Of a stretch of DNA of 64,000 nt, positions 51,462 through 64,000 are shown in pieces. The translations under genes and the position numbers were made by a program. Origin of the DNA: Eledone cirrhosa (taxonomy: Eukaryota); the NCBI GenBank assembly GCA_964016885.1, contig OZ024743.1:201686001-201750000 (forward strand), in the 5' to 3' direction. Positions within the stretch are counted from its first letter, which is position 1, and each line of letters begins with the position of its first letter. The notes below the pieces were generated by a model. It was not told where the DNA came from. It was given only the letters and a program-made list of their open reading frames with translations, and searched no databases.

Positions 51462-51612
51462 CCCGAGTTCAATCGGGGGTAACCACAGTAAGTAAGGTAC
51501 TCAATACATAGCAGTGTATAGATATTTAATATAGAAATGGCTTCTACAGGACTAAAGCTGTTTCATTCGAAGAAAATCATCAAGAGGATTTCCTGCAGAA
51601 GTCATTTATTTA

Positions 51613-52336
<724 letters not shown>

Positions 52337-52465
52337 ATTCTTTTCTTTCGCCGGTCAATAATATAGGGATATTTATATGGAAGTGTGGTAAGTTACTAAA
52401 GGGAATAGAGTAAAGGGTGATTAAGTAAGCTCTCAAGAAAACTCTTACAATCCAGCGATATAATT

Positions 52466-52625
52466 GTTTCTACGTTAGGCACAAGGCCAGCAATAACCCA
52501 GTGCATTACTGGTACTATTTTATCGACCCCGTAAGGATGAAAGGCAAAGTCAACCTCGGATCGTAAAGGGACGTAACTATGCTGGAAAGCATGGCGTCCG
52601 ACCCTCTACCTATACTGCCAATCCA
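52466..52625 (-). mobile_element. tRNA-derived Meta-like SINE
   Basis: Reverse complement of the 41777 family; TSD CAATCCAGCGATATAATT at 52448-52465 and 52619-52636. Confidence 0.9.
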
Positions 52626-52954
52626 GCGATATAATTACGACAAAGCAAGTAAAGGCCGTTTCTGAAAAAAACATTACTTTTGGGTCATTGCGAACAATGA
52701 TGATCCATCGATCTCATACCCGCTTTCCCCTTCTCCTTTTCTCTTCTCTATTTTTATACCGCTCTCATCTCTCATCTCATGCTTTAGACTATCTTTCTTC
52801 TTTTTTCTCCCTCTCTCTGTTCGGCCGCACAAAATGTGGTTATATCTTAATCCGACATTTTACTATACATATAGCTGTTTACAGCTATCCATCGCGCTGA
52901 AAATCCTACAATTTATGAACATTCATATACACCATCGCTTCAAACCTGTTCAAT

Positions 52955-53035
<81 letters not shown>

Positions 53036-53080
53036 TATATGTGGTTTTATATATATATAGAGAGAGATAGATAGATAGAT

Positions 53081-56000
53081 AACTTTCTATTTATTTGCCA
53101 CCAGGGCATCAAAGATTGGGACAAATACAAGGGGGGAGGCGAGTTTACATACATTTCAAAGGACGTGTAAAAACATATAACAAATAAAATTCAACAATCG
53201 AAGTCCTCAATAGGGAGGGGGCGTTGACGTGGGTCGCGCACCCCCCGAAAAAAATGTGCAACCCTCCTCCTCAGGAGCACAAAGAGCGGATGCTCCCTTC
53301 CTCGCCTCTTTCTTCTCCTCTCTCACCTACAGGCTGATATAGAGAGAAGGCCCATTCACTGGGGCCATTCTGGCCACTTTCACCAACCTTTCATAAAACT
53401 TGCTGGGGTAGAGCACCTCTCTCTCCATTCTGACCCTTCTTCTAAAATGGTACTTGAAAAAAGAGGACCAGTTGTTGGCCGGAGAGAAAAGTGTCTGACC
53501 TCAGCCCTTTCAACCTCGTCCATCATACAACCTCTTTCGCCATAGCTATCACACAGGAAAACCGCCTCTCCTTCGTTTTTGAAGGGGGGAGGTGGTTTGA
53601 TCGTGACAATGTACTCGGTGCTCAACCGGATTGGTCCCACCCGCGACAGTTGTCGTTCCACATAGCCCCACAGGTCACCAACGCCGGGGCAGTGTACGAA
53701 TGCGTGCGCGACAGTTTCCTCGTCACGCACGCATCTCGGACAGATCTTCTTCGAGGGCTCCCTACCCGGGCGCCCGTGTCTGTAGAGCTTGTCCCGAACG
53801 GGTAGAGCTCCTCGGTAGCACTGCCAAGCCAGGGACTTTGGGAAGTTGTCCATCGGTCCCGGACCAAACGTCCTATCGAACAGAATGGTTAGCTCGTCTT
53901 CCTCCATGCCCAGAGCCTCTCCGAGAGCGTCGTCGCACATGCTGCGCACCAACCCTCTATAGAATGTTGAGTTTGAGTCTCCACTGATTGCCGGATCCGC
54001 TTGCCAGACGTCTGTGAGCGCCTGGGCACATTCAATGTGCCAGTCGCCCATTTTTCTCGGTCTTTGCTTGACCCAGGATTGCAGCTCGGTGAGTGAGACG
54101 AGTCTCGGAAGGGCTCACCTCACAAAAGGGACCACACCGGCTGACCGGTGAGGAATACCTGGAGGTGCCGTAGCCTTAATGCGTGTCTACGCATCGTCAG
54201 CCACAGCATCCTCAGCCCTCCGATCGAAGGGTGTTGACAGCAGATGGATCTTCTCACCAAAGTGGCCCGCTTCTTCCAAAGGAATCGGAAGAGCGCTCTC
54301 TCCATTTTGACGAGCGTTTTCGCAGGGCAAGGCACGACGGTCAAGCGGTAGTAGATGACGGACGCTATATAAGTGTTCGCCACCTCCGCTCGACGTTTCA
54401 GGGATAGCTTGCACTCGGCCCAATTCTGGGTAAGTGCAAACACCCTGTTCGTTACCTCGTCCCAGTTTTTCTCCACCTAGAGGTCCGCTCCGAACCAGAC
54501 TCCGTGCAGCTTCACCGGTCCCTCCATCCAGCGTCCGACGACGCCGTCGGAGGGCATCGGTTTGCTTCTTCACGTTCCGAGTTGCAAACCGAGGGACTTG
54601 TCCCGGTTCAGCTTGGCTCCTCTAAACCTTTCGTATTCCTCCAGTAAGGTGCCGATTTGCCCGATTTCTGAGGCGCAGAACACCAATACTGTCACCTCAT
54701 CGGCGTAGGCCGAAACCGCTCTCCGCAATCGCAGTTTCAAGGGGATTCCCTGCAACAGCTCCAACTTTCGCAGTAGTGACTCGAGACCCAGCATATACAG
54801 AAGGGAGGAGGAGGGCATCCCTGTCGGATGGATCGCGCGATTTGGAACGGCTCCGAGAGGTAGCCGTTCACCATGACCCTCGAAAAGGTGTTGCTGCTGT
54901 GCATTGCAGCAATCCAGCCCCTGAAAACGGGTCCGAAGCCTGCCGCAGCGAGCACCGCATCCAGGTACCGATGGTCGACCCTATCGAACGCCATAGATTG
55001 ATCCAAGTTGATCAGGGCCCCACCAAAGCCGGGTTCGTTCCCAACCCTCTCTACGATGTATCGCATGAGGTGGAGTATGTGGTGTATGGACCTGGACGGG
55101 ATTGCGCATGTCTGCGCTTCTCCCACCAGGTACCCGACGACAAGCGCCAACCTCTTCGCTCACACCTTGGCCAAAATCTTTAACTCTGTGTTTAGCAGAG
55201 TTATGGGCCTGAAGTTATTTATGTCATCTCCCTTGTTCTCGTCCTTCCTCACCAGGATGACTACACCCTTGGTCACAGAACTGGGAATTCTCCCGTTCTG
55301 TTGCCAGTTGCAGTAGACCGCCTCGAGGAGATTGGAGAACAAGTTCGGCATCGCTACATAAAGTTTGTATGGTAGACCATCGAGACCGGGATATTTGCCT
55401 TTGCCCCATTGGCTCAGCGCTTCCCCTATCTCAGCGGCTGAAATCGGACTTTCGCAGGACTTCGCCATGGATTTCGGTCCATACCTCGACGAGAGCCGCG
55501 GCAGACCGTCGATGTATGGACCGAAATCCATGGCCTCACCCAGCCAGCCGCCCTTCCCGATCCACCGTGCAAAGCGCCGTTGAAAGGCCGCGCACATCCG
55601 CTCAGGTTCAAGGATTAAGCGTCCATCCTGGTCCTTCAAAGACCGAATCATGGACTTGTTTCCACTTTTTGCCTCTGTCACTCGGACCCAGCTAACAGCT
55701 TTGGCTCGCTCGTTACCCAGGACACGTATTTTACTCCTGACAACGCAGCCCTCGTGCTTCGCGTCACAGAACTGGTCTAGGGCCGTTCTTGACGCCAGCA
55801 CGCTGGCCACGTTGCCACTCCTAATCGCCTCTTCTACTCTATCTATCAATTCCATTTCAGTTCTATTGCTATCTGATACTAATTCCTGACTAAAACTTAT
55901 CGATTCTATTCTAATTTCTCTCTTGAGAGAGCCGCACCACCTGCTGTTGACAATTGCCCCCGTCAACTACTGCTTAACTAGAGTGCTAATCCGCTTACTG

Positions 56001-57586
56001 TAAGCTTTGTTTGTCGGTAAGGACAAGTTTAGTTTCCAGTAACCGGGTCCTTGGCTATGGGTTCTATCATGATTGCCCACTCCGGTCACCAACTTGTGAT
56101 CCGAATAGTCAACCATGAACATTCGTGGACAGCTTAATATGTCCCTATCCTTATTTCTAACTAGGAACCTATCTAGGTACGACCTAGATGTTCCCCTGCG
56201 ATTCGTCCACGTCCACAGTGGCACAGACGGAAAATCTAGTCGATATCTATTGGCCAGATTAAATCGGCCGATTAACCGCTTGAGGCTGTTACACCCCACT
56301 CTATCGGGGCATGCTCCTACATAGTCCCAACGTGCATCCAGGATACCATTCCAGTCCCCCACTAAAAGCAAGGAGCGAGACGTTCACAGAAAAGTCTCTA
56401 GGCGCTGGAAGAAGTCCGGTCGCGGTGTCCCAGATGGAGCATACGCTGCACCAGCCTGAAGGCTCCACCTTCACTAATGCCGACGTCTAGAACCACCAGT
56501 TGGCACTCCGGGTCCAGGTGTACCTTCCGTGTTGCGAGGCCCAGATGTTTTCGCAGCAGAACGACCACCGTGCCCCCATCCCCCGACTGTCAGAGAGATG
56601 CATAGATCTCAAAGTCGTCGAAGATGGGGCCCAGTTAGTGCTCGCTGCTGATCCTGGACTCGCAAATAGCTATCACAACCATTCTGTGCGACCTGAGGTC
56701 ATTTAAGAGTTTGCCCTGCTTCCAGGACATCCCCAGGCCGCGTACATTTAAACATCCAACTCTTATAACAGCCATGTTGGCGGTGAAGATTTTAGAGTGG
56801 AGAAAAAGGAAAAGACACCTACCTGTTCTTCTCCTGGGACCAGGCTGCACAATTTCCGTGGGATGTGGGTGGGGTTGTTTGGTGCGGTTGTGGTTTGGGA
56901 TGTGGTGGGGACATCAGTGTGTGGTGGGGTAGGGGTGTTTGGTGGTGGAGGGGTGCCTGGCGTGGTGGTGCGGAAATATTTCAAGAGGACGCGGTTGCTA
57001 GGTCCAGTACAGGGGTTCCCCACGTCCTCGGGAAAGTTCTGTCTGAGCATTGTGTAGGAGTCCCTTGGGACCCTAATCATTTTTAAATGCGGTTTAGTCG
57101 CCGTGTTGGTGAACATTTTCCCTTCGGTTACCACCTAAGTGTCTTTGTCTATTGTTTGCACAAGTGTTTTGTTGTTTGTGTTGATGTATGTATACTGTTT
57201 TTGTTGTGTTGTGTTTGTTTTTGTTTGTTGTTCTTGTGTGTGTTTGCGTTTTGTAGTATGTGTTATGTTTTCGGGAGGGGTGGTTTTTTTTTGTGATGTT
57301 TGTTCTGTTTGTGCTGGTGGCTGTGTGTTTGTTGTATTTTTGTTGATGTGGTGCCTTCTTTTCTTTCTTTTTACCGGTTGAAAGGGTTCTCCCTCGTCGT
57401 CACTGGGTGACGTTGATAAGGGGTCCTCGTCCGTGTTGTTGGGGAGGGGTATATTTTGGGGTTTTGTCGTGGTTGCTTTTGTATTTGTTTTAGGTCGGGA
57501 GGGGTTGGGTGGGACAGTGTCTTGTGTTGTTATTTTTTCGTGTCGTTGTGGTTGTGTTGTTGTGTGTGGGGTGGGCAGAAGCGTCT

Positions 57587-57617
<31 letters not shown>

Positions 57618-58803
57618 AAATGGGACAGGAAGCCCCCAGGTGACCACTTTTTGAACAATAGTAGCATGAATGCCGCCTGCCCCCAACAGAAAGGTTTATG
57701 AAGGCGACTTCATCTCGGGACACACGCTGCGGTATTCTTGCTAACCTTTCTGGTCTCATTTGGACCACAACTTCAAGGCTATTGCCGCCGAATACGCCCC
57801 TGGTGGATTCGCCTATCGAAAGGATTGTGTCCTCATCTTCTATGAATCCCGTTTGCACCCACTAAATGCTCACATTTGGCCTGATGCCCGAGATTCTTAT
57901 GTTTTGAGTTCTTTTCCCCAAATATGTGGGGAAAAAGGTGTATGCTTTGGATACAATTGGCGACACAGAATATTTCCGTGCCGCCAATTCATCTTGCATT
58001 AAAACAGATATGCTTCCATACACTTTCTCTTTCTGTATGAAAGCGATATCCTTCCAGGCACTACTTAGGACCAGCTCAATTTCGCTTTGGGACAATTGAG
58101 CCGGTTTTCTAGTCGCGTTCGAAACTGTCCTAAAAATTACGGTCCTGGGGATTGTATCCCCTCTAATTTCTTCGGGGTAGGTAATTGTGAATTCCCCACC
58201 TTCCCCGAAACTTACACAATTCCTTGCTTCTTTCGGCAATTTCTTGTCATTCGAGATGTCCAGTGCCCTGCATGTCTGCGTTTCTCGAACCGCCTGTACG
58301 AAGGAGACTACAGCTGTGGGTCCGTTTTCTTTCGTGTTGTTATCATTGTTGTTGTTGTTATTCGTGTTAGCTTGCTTTTTTCCTTTGTTGGTGTTGTCAT
58401 TATTGCTGTTGTTGGTTGTGTTGTTCTTGTTTGTGTAATTGTTACTTTTGGGGTTTTCACCCATTTCCACAATTTTTTCTTTTGATTCCGTGGTGTCTTT
58501 TGCGGGAGTGAGGAGGGAAGGCTTACATCGTTGTGCTGCTACCTTCTCTCTATCACTTTCCTTGGGGGGCGTGGCATGCGTTGTGTTAATGGCATCCATT
58601 GTCACTAAACGAATTTTTATCGATAATTTATAACTATCAAATTTCGCCCCAAAAAGGGACGAAATATATTTCACCCAACGTCTGCAGTCCCAGGCGAGGG
58701 GTTAAACACAACAAATAACAAGTAGCTTAAACAAACCTACCGCTTCTCGTAATACATTCCGACAAAATGCAGGAGCGAAACAAAAACACGTCTATCTTCT
58801 TCG
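53081..58803 (-). mobile_element. Full-length but frameshifted Tx1/L1-clade LINE flanked by (GATA)n
   Basis: ORF1 ~58600-56780 with CYYCSKSGHLGASC. ORF2 from ATG 56775: GCLNVRGL, GDWN, YSDH, NFRPITLLN, LDQSMAFDRVDH, IRQGCP, AYADE, CPRC..ETVAHAFVHC. (GATA)n at 53065-53080 and 58804-58830. Confidence 0.92.
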
Positions 58804-59155
58804 AGATAGATAGATAGATAGATAGATAGACACACAAACATTTTGGTATAAGACTTTTTGGGATAAAGAAATAATATATTTAATAGCTAAATTTATTGGG
58901 TATTGACAAAAAAATGCTAGAAGGATCTTATATTAGAAATCTATTATATAAATATAATGTAAAACTAAGTTAAGTGATAATATAATTATAAAATCGTAAT
59001 TCACCGGTACGCTATTTAAATATTGAGTTGTTTGTATGCCTACAAGAAATATTCCGTGTAATCTACGGCATGCTACACATATGTGCGACTATGAATTAAA
59101 AATGAATTATATATATATATATATACGCTCTTTCCCCTATCTCTCTTTCTCTTTC

Positions 59156-59225
<70 letters not shown>

Positions 59226-59322
59226 ATATATGTATATATATATATATAGTTTGAGGAAAAGATAAACAGATTTACAAAAAGCCATATTATTTACACGCTT
59301 CATATGGAAAAGCGAAAAGAAA

Positions 59323-59358
59323 GTTTAACGTATCGAGCTTTAGCCCTTCTTCAGGAGT
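59323..59358 (-). ncRNA. Decayed minimal hammerhead, family N (GAAA changed to GATA)
   Basis: CTGAAGA-AGGGC taaa GCTC-GATA-CG-TT; stem I does not pair. Confidence 0.45.
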
Positions 59359-59563
59359 ACAAAAATAGAGACAAGATCACAAAGGTTAAGGTTTTTCACA
59401 TTCAGGGAAATTTCTCTATGCCATGGCACCAACCAGACAGTTTTATGGGTTCCCGTGCACAGATAGGTTTTCATAATTATTTTGAAATCAGAAATGACCC
59501 TTCTTTTAGAGAAACTGCATCAAGTATGACGAGTTCTATCTACTTGAAGAAAAACTTTCACAG

Positions 59564-59852
<289 letters not shown>

Positions 59853-60254
59853 TGCGCGCACATGTTTCACAATTGCGCCACAACCACGGAATGCATAGAG
59901 GATTCCCATGAACTCAATATGCATTGTAAAGTCATTAGATCTCAATAGGGAATTTGACACAATAGCAACACTTCCTAATATCCTTACCAATGACGGGATT
60001 CTAAGCGGACAATTTAAAAGCAGAATGCAAAGCCTCAGAGCAGATTCTGCACCCTAACAATTCCGCCAAATTGCTACCTTCGACTAGTAATTTATTTATC
60101 GACCCAGGTAGGATAAATGATGACGCTGACCCAGATTTTAATTCAGAGTGCAGAGATCCGGAAGATATACAACAACGCATTTCAACATTTCAGGAGGACG
60201 TGTATGTATGTACGTACTACATATGTATATAAGTATGTATATGTATGAATGTAT

Positions 60255-61505
60255 GTTTTCTCTTTCTCTTAATTTCGAGTATATTTTTTTGACCGGCCAC
60301 CTTCCTGGTGGCAAGGTTGTAAAAGAAAAGAAATTGTCATCCCTTGAATCGCAAGAATGTTTTGCATATTTTGAAGGTGCCAGCTATCGCAGCCATTTGT
60401 AGACTATGAATTAGGGAGCTGCGCTTTTTGTCCGCAAATCCAAGTTCGGTCATACTTTGGTCCAAGCGGGTTGGTATATAACCCGTAGCACCAATAATGA
60501 TGGGTATGAAGCTAAAGGTGTATCTTGGATACTGGATTTGTAAGCTCCTCATCAATGGTCCGTAGATGTCCTCCTTCTCCTGTATTTTTCTGACAACGTT
60601 TACATCAAGTGGGCAGCTGATCTCCACAACAGAACACGTTTTCAATGTGTGGTCCCAAACTACAATATCAGGCCGGTTGTGCTTTAATTTGGTGGCAGTT
60701 TTTATTTTCAGGTTCCACCAGTATTCCTTAGTGCCATCTGTCTCAATATATTCTTCCTCGTTTGTTGTTAATTTTGTTTTCCGAAGTGCGTTCCAGATAG
60801 TTCTAGCTATCCCATCGTGTCTCATGGGGAGGTAGTAGCGAGATGACATTCTTTCGCAGCTGGCAACAATGTGGCTTACATCCTCGATCTTTGTTTTACA
60901 TAGCCTACATTTATTGTCAGCTGCTGGCCCTCCTCTTTTGTGCAGCAGATATTTGGTAGGGAGTTCTTGTTCCTGTATTGCATAGAGATATCCCTCAAGG
61001 TGTGATGTCATAAACTTGTCGGAACTCCATGCCAGGCTTTTTGAGTGGTTTATCCCCTCTATGGTCTGTGTTTTACGCCTCAAGTATCCATGCACAACTT
61101 TCTCTGTAAATTGGTCAATTTGAACATTGAATAGGATCTTCCGATTTCTCTGGGTGAGAGATTTATATCAGGCTTTATTCCATATCTCTCCTCCAGATCA
61201 GTCGCTATTCTAATGATATTTCTTTTTTCATGCTCATAAACCTGAGCAAGATGGTCGCCAACCTTTTTCCTCTGTTGAAGGTGTTGCTTCAGTGTTACTA
61301 TCCGGGTCTCATATGTTGTTAATATTGATTTTAGACCCCGGCCACCTTCCTTGCGTGAGAAGTATAGCCTATCCACATCACCATTGATGTTAAAGTTCCC
61401 AGTAACACTGAGAAGTTTACGAGTTCTAACATCCATCTCACTTAGTTCTTGCAATGACCAGTTCAGTAGGCCAAATGTTGGCGTTATAATTGGCACAGCA
61501 TAGGT
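60255..61505 (-). mobile_element. R4/Dong-like LINE 3' fragment
   Basis: DVDRLYFSRKEGGRGL, AIQEQ, CRLC..EDVSHIVASC, RHD, HNRPDIVVWD..VEISCP..KEDIY. Confidence 0.9.
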
Positions 61506-61570
61506 ATTGTGGGCATATGTATGTATGTCTGTTTATATGTATGTATATATGTATGTATATGTGTTATATC

Positions 61571-61950
61571 AGGAAAACTCTGATATAACACCTGCAACTC
61601 TGATGGTATCCAATGATGTTGACTTGTTCTTCTTTTTGGTAAATATCATCTTGGTTAAGAGAGAGGGACTGGCTTTGTGCAGTGCCTTTGCTCACTATAA
61701 AAGCTTCACGGCACAGGCATTGCTTTATATCTGGAGATCTCTCTGCACTTGTTGTCACAGGGTACCATGGGCCCAGCACTATGTGTCAATAATTGTAACA
61801 AGTGTAGTGTTTGTGCCAGAGTTTTCAAGTCGCTGGCTGGACTAAAAAGTCACACTCGTTCAGCGCATCAGTAGGGGTTTTCCTACATGGATATAACGTA
61901 GTGGCCGTACTCGAAAACGAGTTGGCAGCCACCATATATGTATGTGTATG
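61571..61950 (+). mobile_element. Second copy of the RTE-related short element
   Basis: Matches 45250-45612; TATG-rich flanks. Confidence 0.85.
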
Positions 61951-62427
61951 TTTGTATTTTTGTATGTATGCATTTATATATGTATGTATGTGCTTGTGCG
62001 TGAGTGTGCGCATCTGTGTTTACTGCACTCCAACATTTCAGGAGGATTCTAGAATATCCATTCAACTCTCTCATGATTCTACCAATTCGGGATTCATGTC
62101 TTTGTTTAGTTTCTATGTTTTGGGGAAGTGATTCTACTCATAACCTTTGCAGGTTCCCCCAATACCGATGGCATTGGTGTTGTTGTTGTTGCTCAGTTTA
62201 AATGTTATTGTGTTAGTTTAAATGTAATCGACTCCTGCCAGAAAAAAAAAAAAACTTGCGCACCGAGAAATTTCTAGAGGAGTGACGTACAGTGAAGAAT
62301 GACTGGTCGTAGTGATTAGTTAGGGACCTAGGGTTTGGGACACGATAAGGACACATTTGAATATGTTCACACATTAGATAAACACAAGCACGCACAAATA
62401 TAAGTTCATTATATTTGTGAGTGGATT

Positions 62428-62614
62428 GGGCGGTGGATTGGCAGTATAGGTAGAGAGTTGGACGCCATGCTTTCCAGCATAGAGTTTCGTCCCTTTACGG
62501 ACTGGGTTTAAATCGCGCCGAGGGTAACTTTGCCTTTCATCCTTACGGGGTCGATAAAATAAAGTACCAGTAATGTACTGGGTAATTGCTGGCCTTGTGC
62601 CAAAAGTAGAAATA
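62428..62614 (+). mobile_element. tRNA-derived Meta-like SINE
   Basis: Same family as 41777; TSD ATTATA(T/A)TTGTGAGTG at 62408-62423 and 62615-62630. Confidence 0.9.
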
Positions 62615-63569
62615 ATTATAATTGTGAGTGTTTGTGTTAAGAACTGACCACACGAAGCTTTCACGTTCAGAGCTGACTTCTTTCCTTTCTCGTCCCAAAA
62701 CTGATGTTAGCTAATCCTTAAATTTTCCCCACCAATCACCACATTTAAAAGTCCTGTGGGTATTTCTGATGCGGAAAACATTGGAAGTAATCCAACCAAT
62801 CTCCATTTTTATTTTATTTATTCATTTAATTATTTATCTATTTACTTATTTATCTATTTATTTATTTTAGTATTTATGTGGTCATCTTCCTTTAATAATT
62901 ACATTATCAAATAATCTGATTTGCCGGCGCCACTCGGTGTTTTTAACAAACAATCTATAAAGTTAACTAATGCCAGCCAGCAATGGCGATGGTTATCAAC
63001 CCTAATGGTTCAGTAAACACAGATGCGCACACTCACGCACACGCACATACATACATACATACATACATAAATACATACATACAAACATACAAACATACAT
63101 ACATAAATACATACATATAAACATACAAACATGCATACAAATATACATACATACATATAAACACATATACATACATGCACCCGCATATATACATTCATAT
63201 ATACATACACAGAGGCATATATACATATCTGTATACATACGTAGTACGTACATACATACACGTTTATATGTATATTTCTATGAATAGAAAATATAGATTT
63301 AACCAAAACACGAAATATAAAATAATTGATAAAGATTGTTATATTCTAAAATAAACATAGAATAGAAATATATATTCTCTAATTGCTGCTAACAAGTTAG
63401 ATTGATTGTGACAAGGGCGACTGTCAAGGCGAAGGTAGTGATGCAAGAAAAGGTTTCAATTTCGTGCGTCAAGAAATGTAGCTGGAAATGCGGTGAAATT
63501 TTATCACGCAGAAGTGAACACTACTTTCTACAGGCGACGGTGACGGAGCATATATGTATTTGTGAGTGA

Positions 63570-63860
63570 CAGCGTGTGGAGTAGTAGTTATGTTGTTTGG
63601 CTTAGAAATTCAAGGCAGTGTGTTCGATTCCCGATGACACGTTGTTTCCTTGAGCAACATATATTAATTCCTGTTTTTTCAGCCCTCTCAACCGACAGAA
63701 ATGATGTGTATCTGTAATTTAAACGGCCAGCCTTTTCCCACAATGTATCAAGCCGAATCTCCCTGAGGACTACGTTAATGATGCACGTTTCTATGTTACC
63801 CACAGTCATTTTAACATGAATTTCACGCGCAGTTTATTCTGTTGTTCCAAACCTTTAGAA
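63570..63860 (+). mobile_element. Decayed tRNA-headed SINE, second family
   Basis: A box TGGAGTAGTAG, B box GTTCGATTCC, followed by GTTGTTTCCTTGAGCAA. Confidence 0.65.
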
Positions 63861-64000
63861 CACACGTCAGAAATGAAGGTGGTTCAACATACACACACAC
63901 ATATTGTGTGTGCGTGTATGTATGAGTATGTGTTTGTGTGCATGTGTGTATATGTGCGAGTGTATGTATGCATATATATAAGATGCGATGATTCAGGTAA

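Overview
Gene-free, AT- and microsatellite-rich animal genomic DNA. The Meta-domain tRNA SINE and the repeat style suggest an octopod cephalopod; this is an inference. The window is almost entirely nested mobile DNA. It holds one apparently intact Naiad-type Penelope-like element (PLE; 820-aa RT + GIY-YIG ORF at 21671-24133 between 2.36-kb near-identical direct repeats) and four more decayed PLE coding fragments. It also holds R4/Dong-type RLE LINEs, two RTE-like LINEs (one with a twin-priming inversion), two Tx1/L1-like LINEs bounded by (GATA)n, a Chapaev3-like transposase pseudogene and several SINEs. The strongest hidden signal is RNA structure. Reading both strands by eye gave about 25 type I hammerhead ribozyme (HHR) motifs in about 14 sequence families. 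They sit in PLE terminal repeats, in fold-back inverted repeats next to (TA)n, and in a 665-bp tandem array that looks like a retrozyme. Several have non-canonical cores or very large stem II insertions. Most ORFs in the supplied track are translations of microsatellites. All calls were made by eye with no database search.
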